A stretch of DNA of 64,000 nt. Origin: Neisseria sp. (GTDB lineage Bacteria; Pseudomonadota; Gammaproteobacteria; Burkholderiales; Neisseriaceae). Positions within the stretch are counted from its first letter, which is position 1. Every line of letters starts with the position of its first letter. A model generated the notes under the pieces. It was not told the DNA's origin. It did not search any database and saw only the letters and a list, made by a program, of their open reading frames with translations. Made by a program: the position numbers and the translations under genes. The DNA lies in assembly GCF_030527965.1 (NCBI RefSeq), contig NZ_JAUMZU010000001.1, positions 86,141 to 150,140 of the forward strand, in the 5' to 3' direction. Positions 9,647-18,855 of the stretch are shown in pieces.

Positions 9647-9826
9647 TTAGGCAATGCCCAGCCAGAGATGCATAACGAATGCCAGAGTAAAAACGATGAG
9701 CACAACCCAGGCAATGATGCGTACTTTTTCATTCAGGGCACGTTTCTGCCGTTTGCCGAGCAGCCGTTTGGCGAGCAATGTGGCGAAACCAACCAGTAAA
9801 ATAATCCGCAGAATCCGCCCGACCAT
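9647..9826 (-). CDS. Small hypothetical membrane protein (59 aa, two hydrophobic helices flanking basic loop)
   Basis: Own translation MVGRILRIILLVGFATLLAKRLLGKRQKRALNEKVRIIAWVVLIVFTLAFVMHLWLGIA; not in ORF track (<60 aa); same strand, 70 bp upstream of oxidase gene. Confidence 0.35.
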   Translation of the reverse strand: MVGRILRIILLVGFATLLAKRLLGKRQKRALNEKVRIIAWVVLIVFTLAFVMHLWLGIA

Positions 9827-9933
9827 GATGATGCCTGTCTGAAAAATGAAACCATGCCTGTCTTGAATCCCTCAATGCACAAAACCGGCGCAAGCCGTTA
9901 TAATAACGGTTTTCCGAAAAATATGCCCACCTT

Positions 9934-11073
9934 ATGAATAAAGCCGACAGCGTCGGGTTGGTCAGCCCGCAGAAAATTCCGTTCGAATCGCCTTTGCTTT
10001 TGCAAAACGGCCAGACCTTGCCCCGCTTTGATTTGATGGTGGAAACTTACGGCAAGCTCAACGAAGATAAAAGCAATGCCGTGCTGGTATGTCATGCCTT
10101 ATCAGGCAACCATCATGTGGCGGGCTACCATAGTGAACATGATAAAGCGCCCGGCTGGTGGGATAATATGGTCGGCCCCGGCAAGCCGATAGATACTGAA
10201 AAATTTTTCGTTGTCGGGCTAAACAATCTGGGCGGCTGCCACGGCAGCACCGGCCCTTTGAGCATAAACCCGGAAACACAAGATGCTTACGGCGCCGATT
10301 TTCCGGTGGTTACGGTCAAAGATTGGGTGCAAAGCCAAGCCGCTTTGGCCGATCATTTCGGCATAAAGCAATGGGCGGCGATTGTGGGCGGCAGCTTGGG
10401 CGGCATGCAGGCTCTGCAATGGTCGATTGATTTTCCCGACCGGGTAAGACATGCTTTGGTGATTGCATCGGCCACCCGCCTATCGGCGCAAAATATTGCG
10501 TTTAACGATGTCGCCCGACAAGCCATCATTACCGATCCTGATTTCCACGACGGGCATTACATGCGCCACAACACCATTCCACGCCGCGGCTTACGCATCG
10601 CCCGCATGATGGGGCACATCACTTATCTGGCGGAAAAAGGCTTGGGGAAAAAATTCGGGCGTACTATGCGCACCGATGGCTATCAGTATGGGTATGGGGT
10701 TGAGTTTGAAATCGAATCTTATCTGCGCTATCAAGGCGATAAATTCGCCGAGCGCTTCGACGGCAATACATACCTGCGCATGACCAAAGCGCTTGATTAT
10801 TTCGCTCCGGCCGCAGAGCATGGCAATGATTTGTTGGCCGCTTTGAAAAACGTTCAAGCCAAGTTTTTCGTGGCAAGTTTCAGCACCGACTGGCGTTTCG
10901 CCCCTACGCGCTCACGGGCGTTGGTTAAATATCTGGTTAGGGCGGGTAAAGATGTTCAATATATCGAAGTGGAATCTCACCATGGGCATGATGCTTTTCT
11001 GATGACCGACGAGCCTTATATTCGTGCCATGCGCGCCTATATGGCTAATATTTATAAGGAGTTGCAGGCATGA
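9934..11073 (+). CDS. metX: Homoserine O-acyltransferase MetX
   Basis: 379 aa alpha/beta hydrolase with [10 protein letters not shown] nucleophile elbow, conserved MetX pattern. Confidence 0.9.
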   Translation: MNKADSVGLVSPQKIPFESPLLLQNGQTLPRFDLMVETYGKLNEDKSNAVLVCHALSGNHHVAGYHSEHDKAPGWWDNMVGPGKPIDTEKFFVVGLNNLGGCHGSTGPLSINPETQDAYGADFPVVTVKDWVQSQAALADHFGIKQWAAIVGGSLGGMQALQWSIDFPDRVRHALVIASATRLSAQNIAFNDVARQAIITDPDFHDGHYMRHNTIPRRGLRIARMMGHITYLAEKGLGKKFGRTMRTDGYQYGYGVEFEIESYLRYQGDKFAERFDGNTYLRMTKALDYFAPAAEHGNDLLAALKNVQAKFFVASFSTDWRFAPTRSRALVKYLVRAGKDVQYIEVESHHGHDAFLMTDEPYIRAMRAYMANIYKELQA

Positions 11074-11651
11074 ATCTGCGCGACGACTTACAATTGATTT
11101 ACGATTGGGTGCCCGAGCGCAGCCATGTGCTGGATTTGGGCTGCGGAAAAGGCGAATTGCTGTCGGCTCTGGTGAGTAACAAACAATGCAGCGGCTACGG
11201 AGTGGAAATCGATACCGAAGGCGTGCTTGCTTCAATGGAGCGAGGCATTAATGTTATCCAAGCCGATTTGGAGCAAGGCCTGCAGGATTTTGACGATGAT
11301 AGTTTCGACGTGCTGGTATTGAGCCAAACCATCCAAGCCATGCAAAATACAGAAAACATTCTGCGCGATTTAACCCGTGTAGCAAAGCAAGCGATTGTTT
11401 CTTTTCCTAATTTCGGCTATTGGCGCAACCGCGTACAACTCGGCTTGACCGGCCATATGCCGGTATCCGAGCGCATGCCTTACCAGTGGTATAACACTCC
11501 GAATATTCATTTCTGCACACTAATTGATTTTGAGCTGCTGTGCACGAAAAACGGCATCCGCATTCTTGAACGAGCCGTGATGACCGGAGGGAAAAGAGTC
11601 AATACCTTGCCCAACCTACTAGGCAGCCTTGCATTCTATCGCGTCGGCTGA
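11070..11651 (+). CDS. metW: Methionine biosynthesis protein MetW
   Basis: 193 aa; ATGA overlap with metX; [13 protein letters not shown]-MTase-like MetW signature. Confidence 0.9.
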   Translation: MNLRDDLQLIYDWVPERSHVLDLGCGKGELLSALVSNKQCSGYGVEIDTEGVLASMERGINVIQADLEQGLQDFDDDSFDVLVLSQTIQAMQNTENILRDLTRVAKQAIVSFPNFGYWRNRVQLGLTGHMPVSERMPYQWYNTPNIHFCTLIDFELLCTKNGIRILERAVMTGGKRVNTLPNLLGSLAFYRVG

Positions 11652-11671
11652 TTGAGATGAAATAAGGGAAG

Positions 11672-11701
11672 CCTGTCTGAAACACAGTTTTCAGACAGGC
11701 T
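11672..11701. terminator. DUS inverted pair hairpin after metW
   Basis: gcctgtctgaa acacagt ttcagacaggc. Confidence 0.6.
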
Positions 11702-11875
11702 TTATTTGGTTTTAATGTCCTTTTCGGATAATTGTTTAAAGCATGGTAAAAAGAAAGTAATTTTTTAATGATGGGATTTTCGCAAAGCTTTGCAGGCTGC
11801 GGGATTTATTGGCATAATGCTTCGGGTCTGGATAGGCGGATTTTACCCTTGTCTAAATTAATCGGAGACATATAA

Positions 11876-12118
11876 ATGATGAAAAATCTATTGATTGCCG
11901 CAACCTTGTTAACTCTTGCTGCATGCTCTAACACTTGGCACGGAGCTAAAGAAGACAGCCAAAGTCTGAAAGATCGTGGAGAACAAAGCTTGGAACGCGG
12001 AGGCGAAGCAGTTGAAAAAGGTTGGGACAAAACCAAAGATTTAGGGCGTACCGCCGTGGATAAAACCGGCCGTGCCTTAGAAAAAAGCGGCCAATATCTG
12101 CAAGAAAAGGCAGAATAA
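11876..12118 (+). CDS. Small lipoprotein (lipobox LAAC), CsbD/stress-protein-like KG-rich repeats
   Basis: MMKNLLIAATLLTLAACS signal peptidase II site; RBS cggaga; 80 aa. Confidence 0.55.
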   Translation: MMKNLLIAATLLTLAACSNTWHGAKEDSQSLKDRGEQSLERGGEAVEKGWDKTKDLGRTAVDKTGRALEKSGQYLQEKAE

Positions 12119-12350
12119 ACGCTTTATCCAATTAATCGGTTTCAATCAAAAGCCTGTCTGAAAATATTTAAGACAGGTTTTTTATAATCATTTGATTTTT
12201 AAATAAGAGCAATGTCTGCACAACCAGTCTGTTTGAAGGGCTAGCCTAGTTTTCCACGAAGTTGATTGAAGAATACGGAACAGAGTGTAAAGTAACTGCA
12301 TAAGATGAATATTAGCTTAGGCTATATAAATAATAAATAGAGGTAATATT

Positions 12351-12635
12351 ATGATAACTGTTGAGATAGTTAATACCATTTTTGGTCTTGTGGCTCTTGC
12401 CAACTCTGTTTTGGCCGGTATTATTCTTATTTTAAAAATGATGATTGGTAAATATTTAACAGAATATGAAAAGTTGACAGGATATCATGAGGGCTTTGAC
12501 AGATTAGTAAGAGAGAAAAATCGAACAGCTCTAATAATGAATATGTTCATTAAGTTATGGATGGTAACGATGTTGATTATGGGAGCATATGCATTGTTTT
12601 ACAAACCAGTGGTTGAATCAATTCAAGCGGGATGA
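12351..12635 (+). CDS. Hypothetical small membrane protein (2 predicted TM) in AT-rich islet
   Basis: 94 aa; region 12150-12900 markedly AT-rich relative to flanks; RBS agaggtaa. Confidence 0.4.
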   Translation: MITVEIVNTIFGLVALANSVLAGIILILKMMIGKYLTEYEKLTGYHEGFDRLVREKNRTALIMNMFIKLWMVTMLIMGAYALFYKPVVESIQAG

Positions 12636-12828
12636 ATGTAAATAGGATTTATAAATAAAATTATATAAAGTAGCAAATTATATTGATGGTGCGGATTTTT
12701 AAAATAGGAAAACTCAGACTTTTAATAAAGCACAATTATTTTAATGATATTATCAACCATATCTTTGTTCATTTTTCTGCGCCTACCTAAAAGAGGAATA
12801 ATCAAAAACCGCGAAAAATCCGAGATAA

Positions 12829-12860
12829 AAAAGGTGCTGCCAAATGGGAAGCACCTTTTT
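12829..12860. terminator. Bidirectional intrinsic terminator hairpin (aaaggtgct...agcaccttt) with A/T runs
   Basis: Stem aaaggtgct/agcaccttt, T-run downstream on both strands; 20 bp past lipoprotein gene stop (minus). Confidence 0.5.
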
Positions 12861-12878
12861 CTATTGATTTTTAAAATT

Positions 12879-13520
12879 TTAATGCAGCTCACGAATATCG
12901 TGCCAACCATTGTTGGTTTTGACCATGGTGGCGGTGTATTCTTGCGGTTCGGTCAGCTGTTTCTCAAAGTTTTCATTCGATTTCAGCAGTTTTTTCATCC
13001 ATTTTTCCGGTACCAATTCTGCTTGGTAGGATACTTTTGATACGGTCATGCCGTTTGACGGGGTCGGCTCGGTAAACCAGTTGATTTTTTTCACTTTCAG
13101 GCTGCCTGTGCATACCACCGGGCCTTGAGAATTGAAACGCAACATAGCGGCGCCTTTTTCGGTAAGCTGATAGCTTACGGTTTTTATTTCGGTGTCGCCT
13201 TGCTCTACGGATTTTTTATCTGCTTTGCGATAAATGCCTGCGTCGGTCAGAATTTCCATTTGTTCCATGGCTTCTTTATTAATGCGTTTACCTTCTGAAT
13301 TGCGGTCGGCAATAGACAGTTTAGGCTCGCCGACGAGGTTGTTACGCACCGGCTGGCCGGCAACATCTAAAATGGCGAGCGGCAGAGGCGTACATACGCC
13401 TTGCTCGGCGGCAAAGCTTTCGATGCCGTCTTTCAGGGCGGATTCGCTCGCTTGGTTTTCGTTGCCCGAGCAGGCAGCGAGCAAAAACACGGGTAGGGCG
13501 GCTAAAAGGGTTTTTTTCAT
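12879..13520 (-). CDS. Hypothetical lipoprotein
   Basis: MKKTLLAALPVFLLAACSG lipobox at ATG 13520 with RBS ggaga; track TTG-extended start 13583 rejected. Confidence 0.7.
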   Translation of the reverse strand: MKKTLLAALPVFLLAACSGNENQASESALKDGIESFAAEQGVCTPLPLAILDVAGQPVRNNLVGEPKLSIADRNSEGKRINKEAMEQMEILTDAGIYRKADKKSVEQGDTEIKTVSYQLTEKGAAMLRFNSQGPVVCTGSLKVKKINWFTEPTPSNGMTVSKVSYQAELVPEKWMKKLLKSNENFEKQLTEPQEYTATMVKTNNGWHDIRELH

Positions 13521-13633
13521 GCATTTCTCCGGAAAATTTTTCAATTCAGGCGTAAGAATAGTTTTTTTGGCCGCTTTCGACAAGGTTTTTTGCTACAATC
13601 GATTTTTTGTAAACACATATTTAAAGATATTTT

Positions 13634-13984
13634 ATGACCATATTATACGGTATTCCAAACTGCGATACAGTCAAAAAAGCCCGTGTTTGGCTGGCTGACA
13701 AGGGTATTGCTTTTGAATTTGTCGATTTCAAAAAACAGCCGCCGCAAGAAGCATTAATCCGGCAATGGTTGACACAGATTCCATTGGAAACCTTGTTGAA
13801 CAAGCGGGGAACGACTTGGCGCAAGCTAAACCCTGAAGAGCAGGCTGCAGCGGCCAATCCGGATGATGCCGTTCGCTTGATGGCTGAGCAACCGAGTGTT
13901 ATCAAACGGCCGGTTTTGTCGCATGAGGGTCGGTTTTACTGCGGATTTTCTGCTGATTCGTATCAGGCGGTTTTTAAGGATTAA
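13634..13984 (+). CDS. yffB: ArsC-family protein (YffB-like, Spx/ArsC fold)
   Basis: 116 aa; MTILYGIPNCDTVKKARVWL conserved N-terminal Cys motif of ArsC/YffB family. Confidence 0.8.
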   Translation: MTILYGIPNCDTVKKARVWLADKGIAFEFVDFKKQPPQEALIRQWLTQIPLETLLNKRGTTWRKLNPEEQAAAANPDDAVRLMAEQPSVIKRPVLSHEGRFYCGFSADSYQAVFKD

Positions 13985-14088
13985 GCATCTGGCATGCTGA
14001 ATAATGCCTGTCTGAAAACCATCAAACCGGATGTTAAGCCGGGGAAGGGTTTTCAGACAAGCATTGATTATGCGGGCCTAATTCTGAA

Positions 14089-14991
14089 TTATTCCTGCTC
14101 GCCTAAAAGTTGCTCGCGGGTCAGCAGTAAGACGAAGCCGTCGCCGCCGCTGGTTTCCAGCCAGGTGAACGGCAATTCAGGGTAGGCGCGCTCCAATTCT
14201 TCACGGTTGTGGCCGATTTCAACCAGTAAAACGCCTTTGGGATTAAGATAACGGGCGGCTTGCTGCAAGATTTGCCGAGTGGCGTCGAGCCCGTCGATGC
14301 CGCTGCCGAGCGCGAGCTCAGGCTCGTGCAAATACTCTTCGGGCAGGCTCTCAACCGATTCGGCATCGACATAGGGCGGGTTGGAAACGATTAAATCGTA
14401 GGTAGTATCGAGCCCTTCGAATAAATCGGTATGAATCAGGTTGATGCGCTCTTCCAGCCCGTAGCTTTCTACGTTTATGGCGGCTACCTCAAGGGCATCC
14501 AAGCTCAGGTCAACCGCATCAATGGCGGCATCGGGATAATAATGAGCCATTTGTATGGCGAGGCAGCCGCTGCCCGTGCATAAATCGAGTGCGCTGTGTA
14601 CCAGCTCGTCATATTCGATCCATGGGCGCAGCCGGTCGCCTAAAAGTTCGTAAATAAAAGAGCGCGGCACGATAACTCGTTCGTCAACATAAAAATCAAA
14701 TTCTCCCTGCCATGCTTGGTTGGTTAAATAAGCCACGGGCAAACGCTCTTTAACGCGCCGTTCGATAAGTTGCAAGACTTGTTCTTTTTCAGTTGGCAGC
14801 AATGCGGCGTCAAGATAGGGTTTCAACGTGTCTAGCGGCAGGTTGAGCGTATGCAAAATCAAATAAGCAGCCTCATCGTGCGCATTGTCGCTGCCGTGGC
14901 CGAAATAAAGACCGGCTTCGTTGAAACGGCTAACGGCAAAACGCAATAGGTCGCGCAAAGTGTTTAGATGGCGGGCGGCTTCTTTAAACAT
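14089..14991 (-). CDS. prmB: Ribosomal protein L3 glutamine N5-methyltransferase PrmB
   Basis: 300 aa; DLCTGSGCLAI SAM motif and NPPY catalytic motif. Confidence 0.9.
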   Translation of the reverse strand: MFKEAARHLNTLRDLLRFAVSRFNEAGLYFGHGSDNAHDEAAYLILHTLNLPLDTLKPYLDAALLPTEKEQVLQLIERRVKERLPVAYLTNQAWQGEFDFYVDERVIVPRSFIYELLGDRLRPWIEYDELVHSALDLCTGSGCLAIQMAHYYPDAAIDAVDLSLDALEVAAINVESYGLEERINLIHTDLFEGLDTTYDLIVSNPPYVDAESVESLPEEYLHEPELALGSGIDGLDATRQILQQAARYLNPKGVLLVEIGHNREELERAYPELPFTWLETSGGDGFVLLLTREQLLGEQE

Positions 14992-15056
14992 GGGTTGGTT
15001 CTCTGATATTAAGAAAAAGATTCGAGCGGATTATACAACAGCTCGGGTGTGCCGAT

Positions 15057-15082
15057 GCCTGTCTGAAAATATTCAGACAGGC
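15057..15082. repeat. DUS inverted pair in prmB/ABC divergent intergenic region
   Basis: gcctgtctgaa aata ttcagacaggc. Confidence 0.6.
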
Positions 15083-15160
15083 ATTTTCGATGATAAACAG
15101 GGTTTTCGGCTATACTTCAGTGTCTTAATCTATTTGCTTATCAGGCGTTTTATATTCATT

Positions 15161-16057
15161 ATGATTCAAATCCAATCGTTATCCCATCGCTATTCAGGTG
15201 CGGATTCTGCTGCGCTGGAAGACGTTTCGCTGAGTATTCGCCCCGGAGAATGCTGGGGGCTGCTCGGGCATAACGGCGCTGGTAAAACAACCTTGATGTC
15301 GTTGTTGGCCGGTTTGCAGGAAGTGCAACAAGGGCAGATTTTGTTTGACGGAACCGCCATCGGCAAATTGCCGCGCGCCAAGCGTCAGAAAATCGGTTTG
15401 GTTCCGCAGGATTTTGCGTTTTACCCTCAGCTGAGCGTATGGGATAACCTGTTGTTTTTTGCTTCTCTTTATCACGAGCGTGATAAAGACTATTTGCAAT
15501 CTTTGCTAGAACAGGCCGGATTAACCGAATACCGCAACCGTATGGCGCGCCAGCTTTCAGGCGGCCTGAAACGCCGCCTGAATTTCGCTATCGGTTTGGT
15601 CAACCGGCCGGAATTGGTTTTTTTAGATGAAATCACCGTCGGCATCGACCCTCAATCGCGCCGCTTCATTCTGGAAAACGTTGCCGCGTTAACCCGTTCG
15701 GGTATTACAGTGGTCTATACTTCGCATTATCTGCCGGAAATCGAGCAACTTTGCAGCCATCTTGCTTTATTGAATCAAGGGAAATTGGTTTATCAGGGCG
15801 GCTTGGCCGATTTGCTGCAAACGCAGGCGCCGAGCGTACGCTTCGTTACCGAGCCGCCGTTGCCGGATTGCGATTTACAAAGCTTGCAAGCCAAGCATAT
15901 CGGTAATGGGATGTGGGAGGTACCGGCCACGGCGCAAAGCGCGGCCGAGTTATATCAACGCTTGCAAAAAAGCGGTGTGGAAATCCGCTATTTCCAACAA
16001 GGCTGCGCTTCGTTGGAAAGCTTTTATCTCGATTTTTTAAGGCGGACAGCAACATGA
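15161..16057 (+). CDS. ABC transporter ATP-binding protein (ABC-2 type)
   Basis: Walker A GHNGAGKTT, signature LSGGLKRRL, Walker B VFLDE; ATG 15161 (track start 14921 is upstream extension). Confidence 0.85.
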   Translation: MIQIQSLSHRYSGADSAALEDVSLSIRPGECWGLLGHNGAGKTTLMSLLAGLQEVQQGQILFDGTAIGKLPRAKRQKIGLVPQDFAFYPQLSVWDNLLFFASLYHERDKDYLQSLLEQAGLTEYRNRMARQLSGGLKRRLNFAIGLVNRPELVFLDEITVGIDPQSRRFILENVAALTRSGITVVYTSHYLPEIEQLCSHLALLNQGKLVYQGGLADLLQTQAPSVRFVTEPPLPDCDLQSLQAKHIGNGMWEVPATAQSAAELYQRLQKSGVEIRYFQQGCASLESFYLDFLRRTAT

Positions 16058-17304
16058 TAGGCGCATCATTAATCAAAGAATTGAAACTGTTACGGCGCGA
16101 TTTGCATGGTTTGGCCGTATTGTTCATCATGCCGATAGCTTTTATGCTGATCATGTCTATGGCGCTGAGCCGAGGCGACGATCCGCATATCAACAGCCGC
16201 GTCGCTTTGGTGGGCGCTACCGAAAATCCGGTTAATCCGAGTTTCGCCAAAGCCTTGCGGGCAGAGAAAATCGATTTGACAAGCCTGTCTGAAAAGCAAT
16301 TGGCCGAAGCGAAAAACAACTTGCACCAAGGGCGTTATCAATTAGTGGTTTTCAACCCCAATCCGGCCGAGCAAAATCTGGCAGACGAGCAGCCGTTGCA
16401 GTTGATTGTTCCTCCCGATACCGATCCGGCTTGGCTTTCTGCCGTTAAAGGCGTTTTGCAAAAGCATTACACCGAAATCCGGCTAAACCATTATTTTGAC
16501 GGGCTGGGTAACGTAGAAATCCAAGAGGGCAAACTGCCCAATTCCATCAAAAAGAAAATCCAGAAAACAGTAAATAAAGAAAACGGCAAGCGATTCGACG
16601 CTGTAACGGATTATTTGAAAAAAAACCTGTTTAGCGAGCATTACCTTGCTCAAAACGGTGCAGTGGCCAAACCGAATGCCGTGCAGCATAGTGTTCCCGC
16701 TTGGCTGATTTTCGGTATGTTTTTCATCATGATACCGCTTTCCAACGTGATGGCGCTGGAGCGACAAACCAATACGATTACTCGCCTTCGGCTCGCGCGT
16801 GCGCCGGCCAGCGTATTGATAGCAGCCAAACTGCTGCCTTATTTTCTGATTAACCAATTACAGTTTGTCGGCATGCTGTTGCTGGGGCGTTATCTGCTGC
16901 CTCATCTGGGCGTGCCCGCACTGGAATTAACGGGCGCATGGTGGCCTTATGCCGCGCTTGCCGTTGCCGTTAGCGCGGCAGCGTTGGGCTATGCCTTATT
17001 AATCAGCGTATCGGCAAAAAGCACCGAGCATGCGGTGGTGCTTGGTGGCGGCGGAATTATCCTGATGGCTGCTCTCGGCGGAATTATGGTGCCCGATTAC
17101 GTGATGCCCGAAACGATGCAGCAGCTAACCTGGATCTCCCCGATGGCTTGGGGGCTGAAAGCCTTTCAAGCCTTATTGCTGCGGCAGAGCGGAATAGCCA
17201 GCATCACATTTTATCTGCAATTATTGGCCGCTTTCTCCACCATCTGCATCGTCTTGGCTTTAGTGATTTACCGCAGGCAATTAAAAACGCAGGTGCGGTT
17301 TTGA
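16054..17304 (+). CDS. ABC-2 family transporter permease (large periplasmic loop after TM1)
   Basis: ATGA overlap with ATPase gene stop; RBS aaggcgga; 6 predicted TM; internal DUS at ~16282 within coding sequence. Confidence 0.8.
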   Translation: MIGASLIKELKLLRRDLHGLAVLFIMPIAFMLIMSMALSRGDDPHINSRVALVGATENPVNPSFAKALRAEKIDLTSLSEKQLAEAKNNLHQGRYQLVVFNPNPAEQNLADEQPLQLIVPPDTDPAWLSAVKGVLQKHYTEIRLNHYFDGLGNVEIQEGKLPNSIKKKIQKTVNKENGKRFDAVTDYLKKNLFSEHYLAQNGAVAKPNAVQHSVPAWLIFGMFFIMIPLSNVMALERQTNTITRLRLARAPASVLIAAKLLPYFLINQLQFVGMLLLGRYLLPHLGVPALELTGAWWPYAALAVAVSAAALGYALLISVSAKSTEHAVVLGGGGIILMAALGGIMVPDYVMPETMQQLTWISPMAWGLKAFQALLLRQSGIASITFYLQLLAAFSTICIVLALVIYRRQLKTQVRF

Positions 17305-17310
17305 TTGGTC

Positions 17311-17565
17311 AGTTTATAATCAGGCTGTCTGAAAGCCTCGAACAGCGTGATTATCCATTCGTAAAGAAAGAACCTTTATGAAACCCTTTACTTCCCTTCT
17401 AACCGCCGCCTTATTATCCGCCGCCAGCCTGAGCGCCTGCGGCGGGTCGGAGAAACATATGAGCATTCAAGAGCAGACTGAAAAACGTTTCCAACTCAAT
17501 CCTCACCCTACAAAAGCCTACCGCATTAAAATCAAAATAAATGATGCGCCCGGGCCTTTGAAACT
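17311..17565 (+). repeat. Direct repeat copy 1 (~255 bp, ~94% identical to 18139-18393): promoter/5'UTR + first ~62 codons of lipoprotein gene
   Basis: By-eye alignment of the two segments; includes variant DUS caggctgtctgaaa. Confidence 0.8.
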
Positions 17566-18079
17566 TGTCAGTTCAAGGATTCAATATATAGCAGACAATT
17601 GTTCATACATTATTAACAATGTGGAAGGTGCAAGCGCTAATCCTGAAAAATTCATAAATGTTGAATTTCAACAAACTACTTTAAATGAATATAAAGCCAT
17701 AATTTATTTAGATAGAATGCAAAATGAAGATTATTTCGGAACAGGAATTTGTCAATGGAAAGCAGGTGGATTCAATCTAGGTTTCCAAGCCACAGGCAAA
17801 CCAGAAGAAACTACTTTTTCAATAGGGGGAATTCTAGATAGTTCTCTACTTGTAGATGAAAGAAGTAAAAAAAACTCTCTTTTATTCAAACTAACTGAAA
17901 CTAGATTCTACTGGAAAAAAGGATATCCATATTATAGAAATGAAGATGGTTCAATATACGAAAGCAACACTATGGCCGACTCTGGCATACAATCTGAATC
18001 ACTAAATAAATATTATACTGACCAACAACGTAAAAATTTATTCAATATAACTGTTACTCTTGAGGAAATGAAGTCATGA
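17378..18079 (+). CDS. Lipoprotein paralog 1; candidate immunity protein
   Basis: MKPFTSLLTAALLSAASLSACGG lipobox; C-terminal domain homologous but diverged from paralog 2 (shared DEDYFG.G.C.W, GYPYYRN-DGS-Y motifs); C-terminal 500 nt very AT-rich. Confidence 0.7.
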   Translation: MKPFTSLLTAALLSAASLSACGGSEKHMSIQEQTEKRFQLNPHPTKAYRIKIKINDAPGPLKLVSSRIQYIADNCSYIINNVEGASANPEKFINVEFQQTTLNEYKAIIYLDRMQNEDYFGTGICQWKAGGFNLGFQATGKPEETTFSIGGILDSSLLVDERSKKNSLLFKLTETRFYWKKGYPYYRNEDGSIYESNTMADSGIQSESLNKYYTDQQRKNLFNITVTLEEMKS

Positions 18080-18138
18080 CTACAAGACAACAAAATGCTC
18101 GCTTCCTATCAAAAGCCTTATTTATCGAACGGATTGAT

Positions 18139-18393
18139 AATCAGGCTGTCTGAAAATCTCGAATAGCGTGATTATCCATTCGTAAAGAAAGAGCCTTTAT
18201 GAAACCCTTTACTTCCCTTCTAACCGCAGCCTTATTATCCGCCGCTAGCCTAAGCGCCTGCGGCGGGTCGGAGAACCGTATGAGCATTCAAGAGCAGACT
18301 GAAAAGCGTTTCCAACTCAATCCACACCCCACAAAAGCCTACCGCATTAAAATCAAAATCAACGATGCACCCGGGCCTTTGAAGCCAGTAGGA
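18139..18393 (+). repeat. Direct repeat copy 2 (see 17311-17565)
   Basis: Near-identical 5' module of lipoprotein paralog 2. Confidence 0.8.
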
Positions 18394-18855
18394 AAGATGT
18401 CTGTAGGTTATATCGCTGAAAATTGCTCATATACTATTGCTAAGTTTGCCGGAGCAAAGGCTAAACCTGAAAAAGATGTTTATACCGAAGTCAAACAGAT
18501 AGGGGCAGATGAATATGAAAGTACCATTTATCTTGATGCCATGCGAGATGAAGATTATTTTGGGCAAGGAGTATGCCACTGGCAGGCATATAGTTTTGCT
18601 GTAGGATTTAAAGCGACGGGAAAGCCAAATGAAACAAACTTTGGGATAGGAGAAATTTTAGAAGAGATTTTATCTAAGAAGACTCGAACAATATATTTTT
18701 GGAAAAGAGGTTACCCTTACTATAGAAATGATGATGGTTCCGTCTATAACAAGGATGATATGTATGACTCTGGATATGATTCTTTAAACGATTACATTGC
18801 TCAAAGACGTAATGAATTATTTACGATGACTGTTCAAATTGAGGAGATTGAATAA
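18199..18855 (+). CDS. Lipoprotein paralog 2; candidate immunity protein, translationally coupled to lipase gene
   Basis: Same signal peptide/lipobox; stop TAA overlaps ATG of next gene (TAATG) with GAGGAG RBS inside its 3' end. Confidence 0.75.
   Translation: MKPFTSLLTAALLSAASLSACGGSENRMSIQEQTEKRFQLNPHPTKAYRIKIKINDAPGPLKPVGKMSVGYIAENCSYTIAKFAGAKAKPEKDVYTEVKQIGADEYESTIYLDAMRDEDYFGQGVCHWQAYSFAVGFKATGKPNETNFGIGEILEEILSKKTRTIYFWKRGYPYYRNDDGSVYNKDDMYDSGYDSLNDYIAQRRNELFTMTVQIEEIE

Noticed and set aside
9654-9842. Track ORF 9654..9842 (+), 62 aa
   Set aside because: It is basic, low-complexity and has no RBS. The opposite strand encodes a more plausible 59-aa two-helix membrane protein co-oriented with the downstream operon.
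9843-9933. Possible SAM riboswitch upstream of metX
   Set aside because: The leader is only ~90 nt, with a simple hairpin (aaccggcgcaagccgtt...aacggtttt) and no recognisable SAM-II or SAM-I core.
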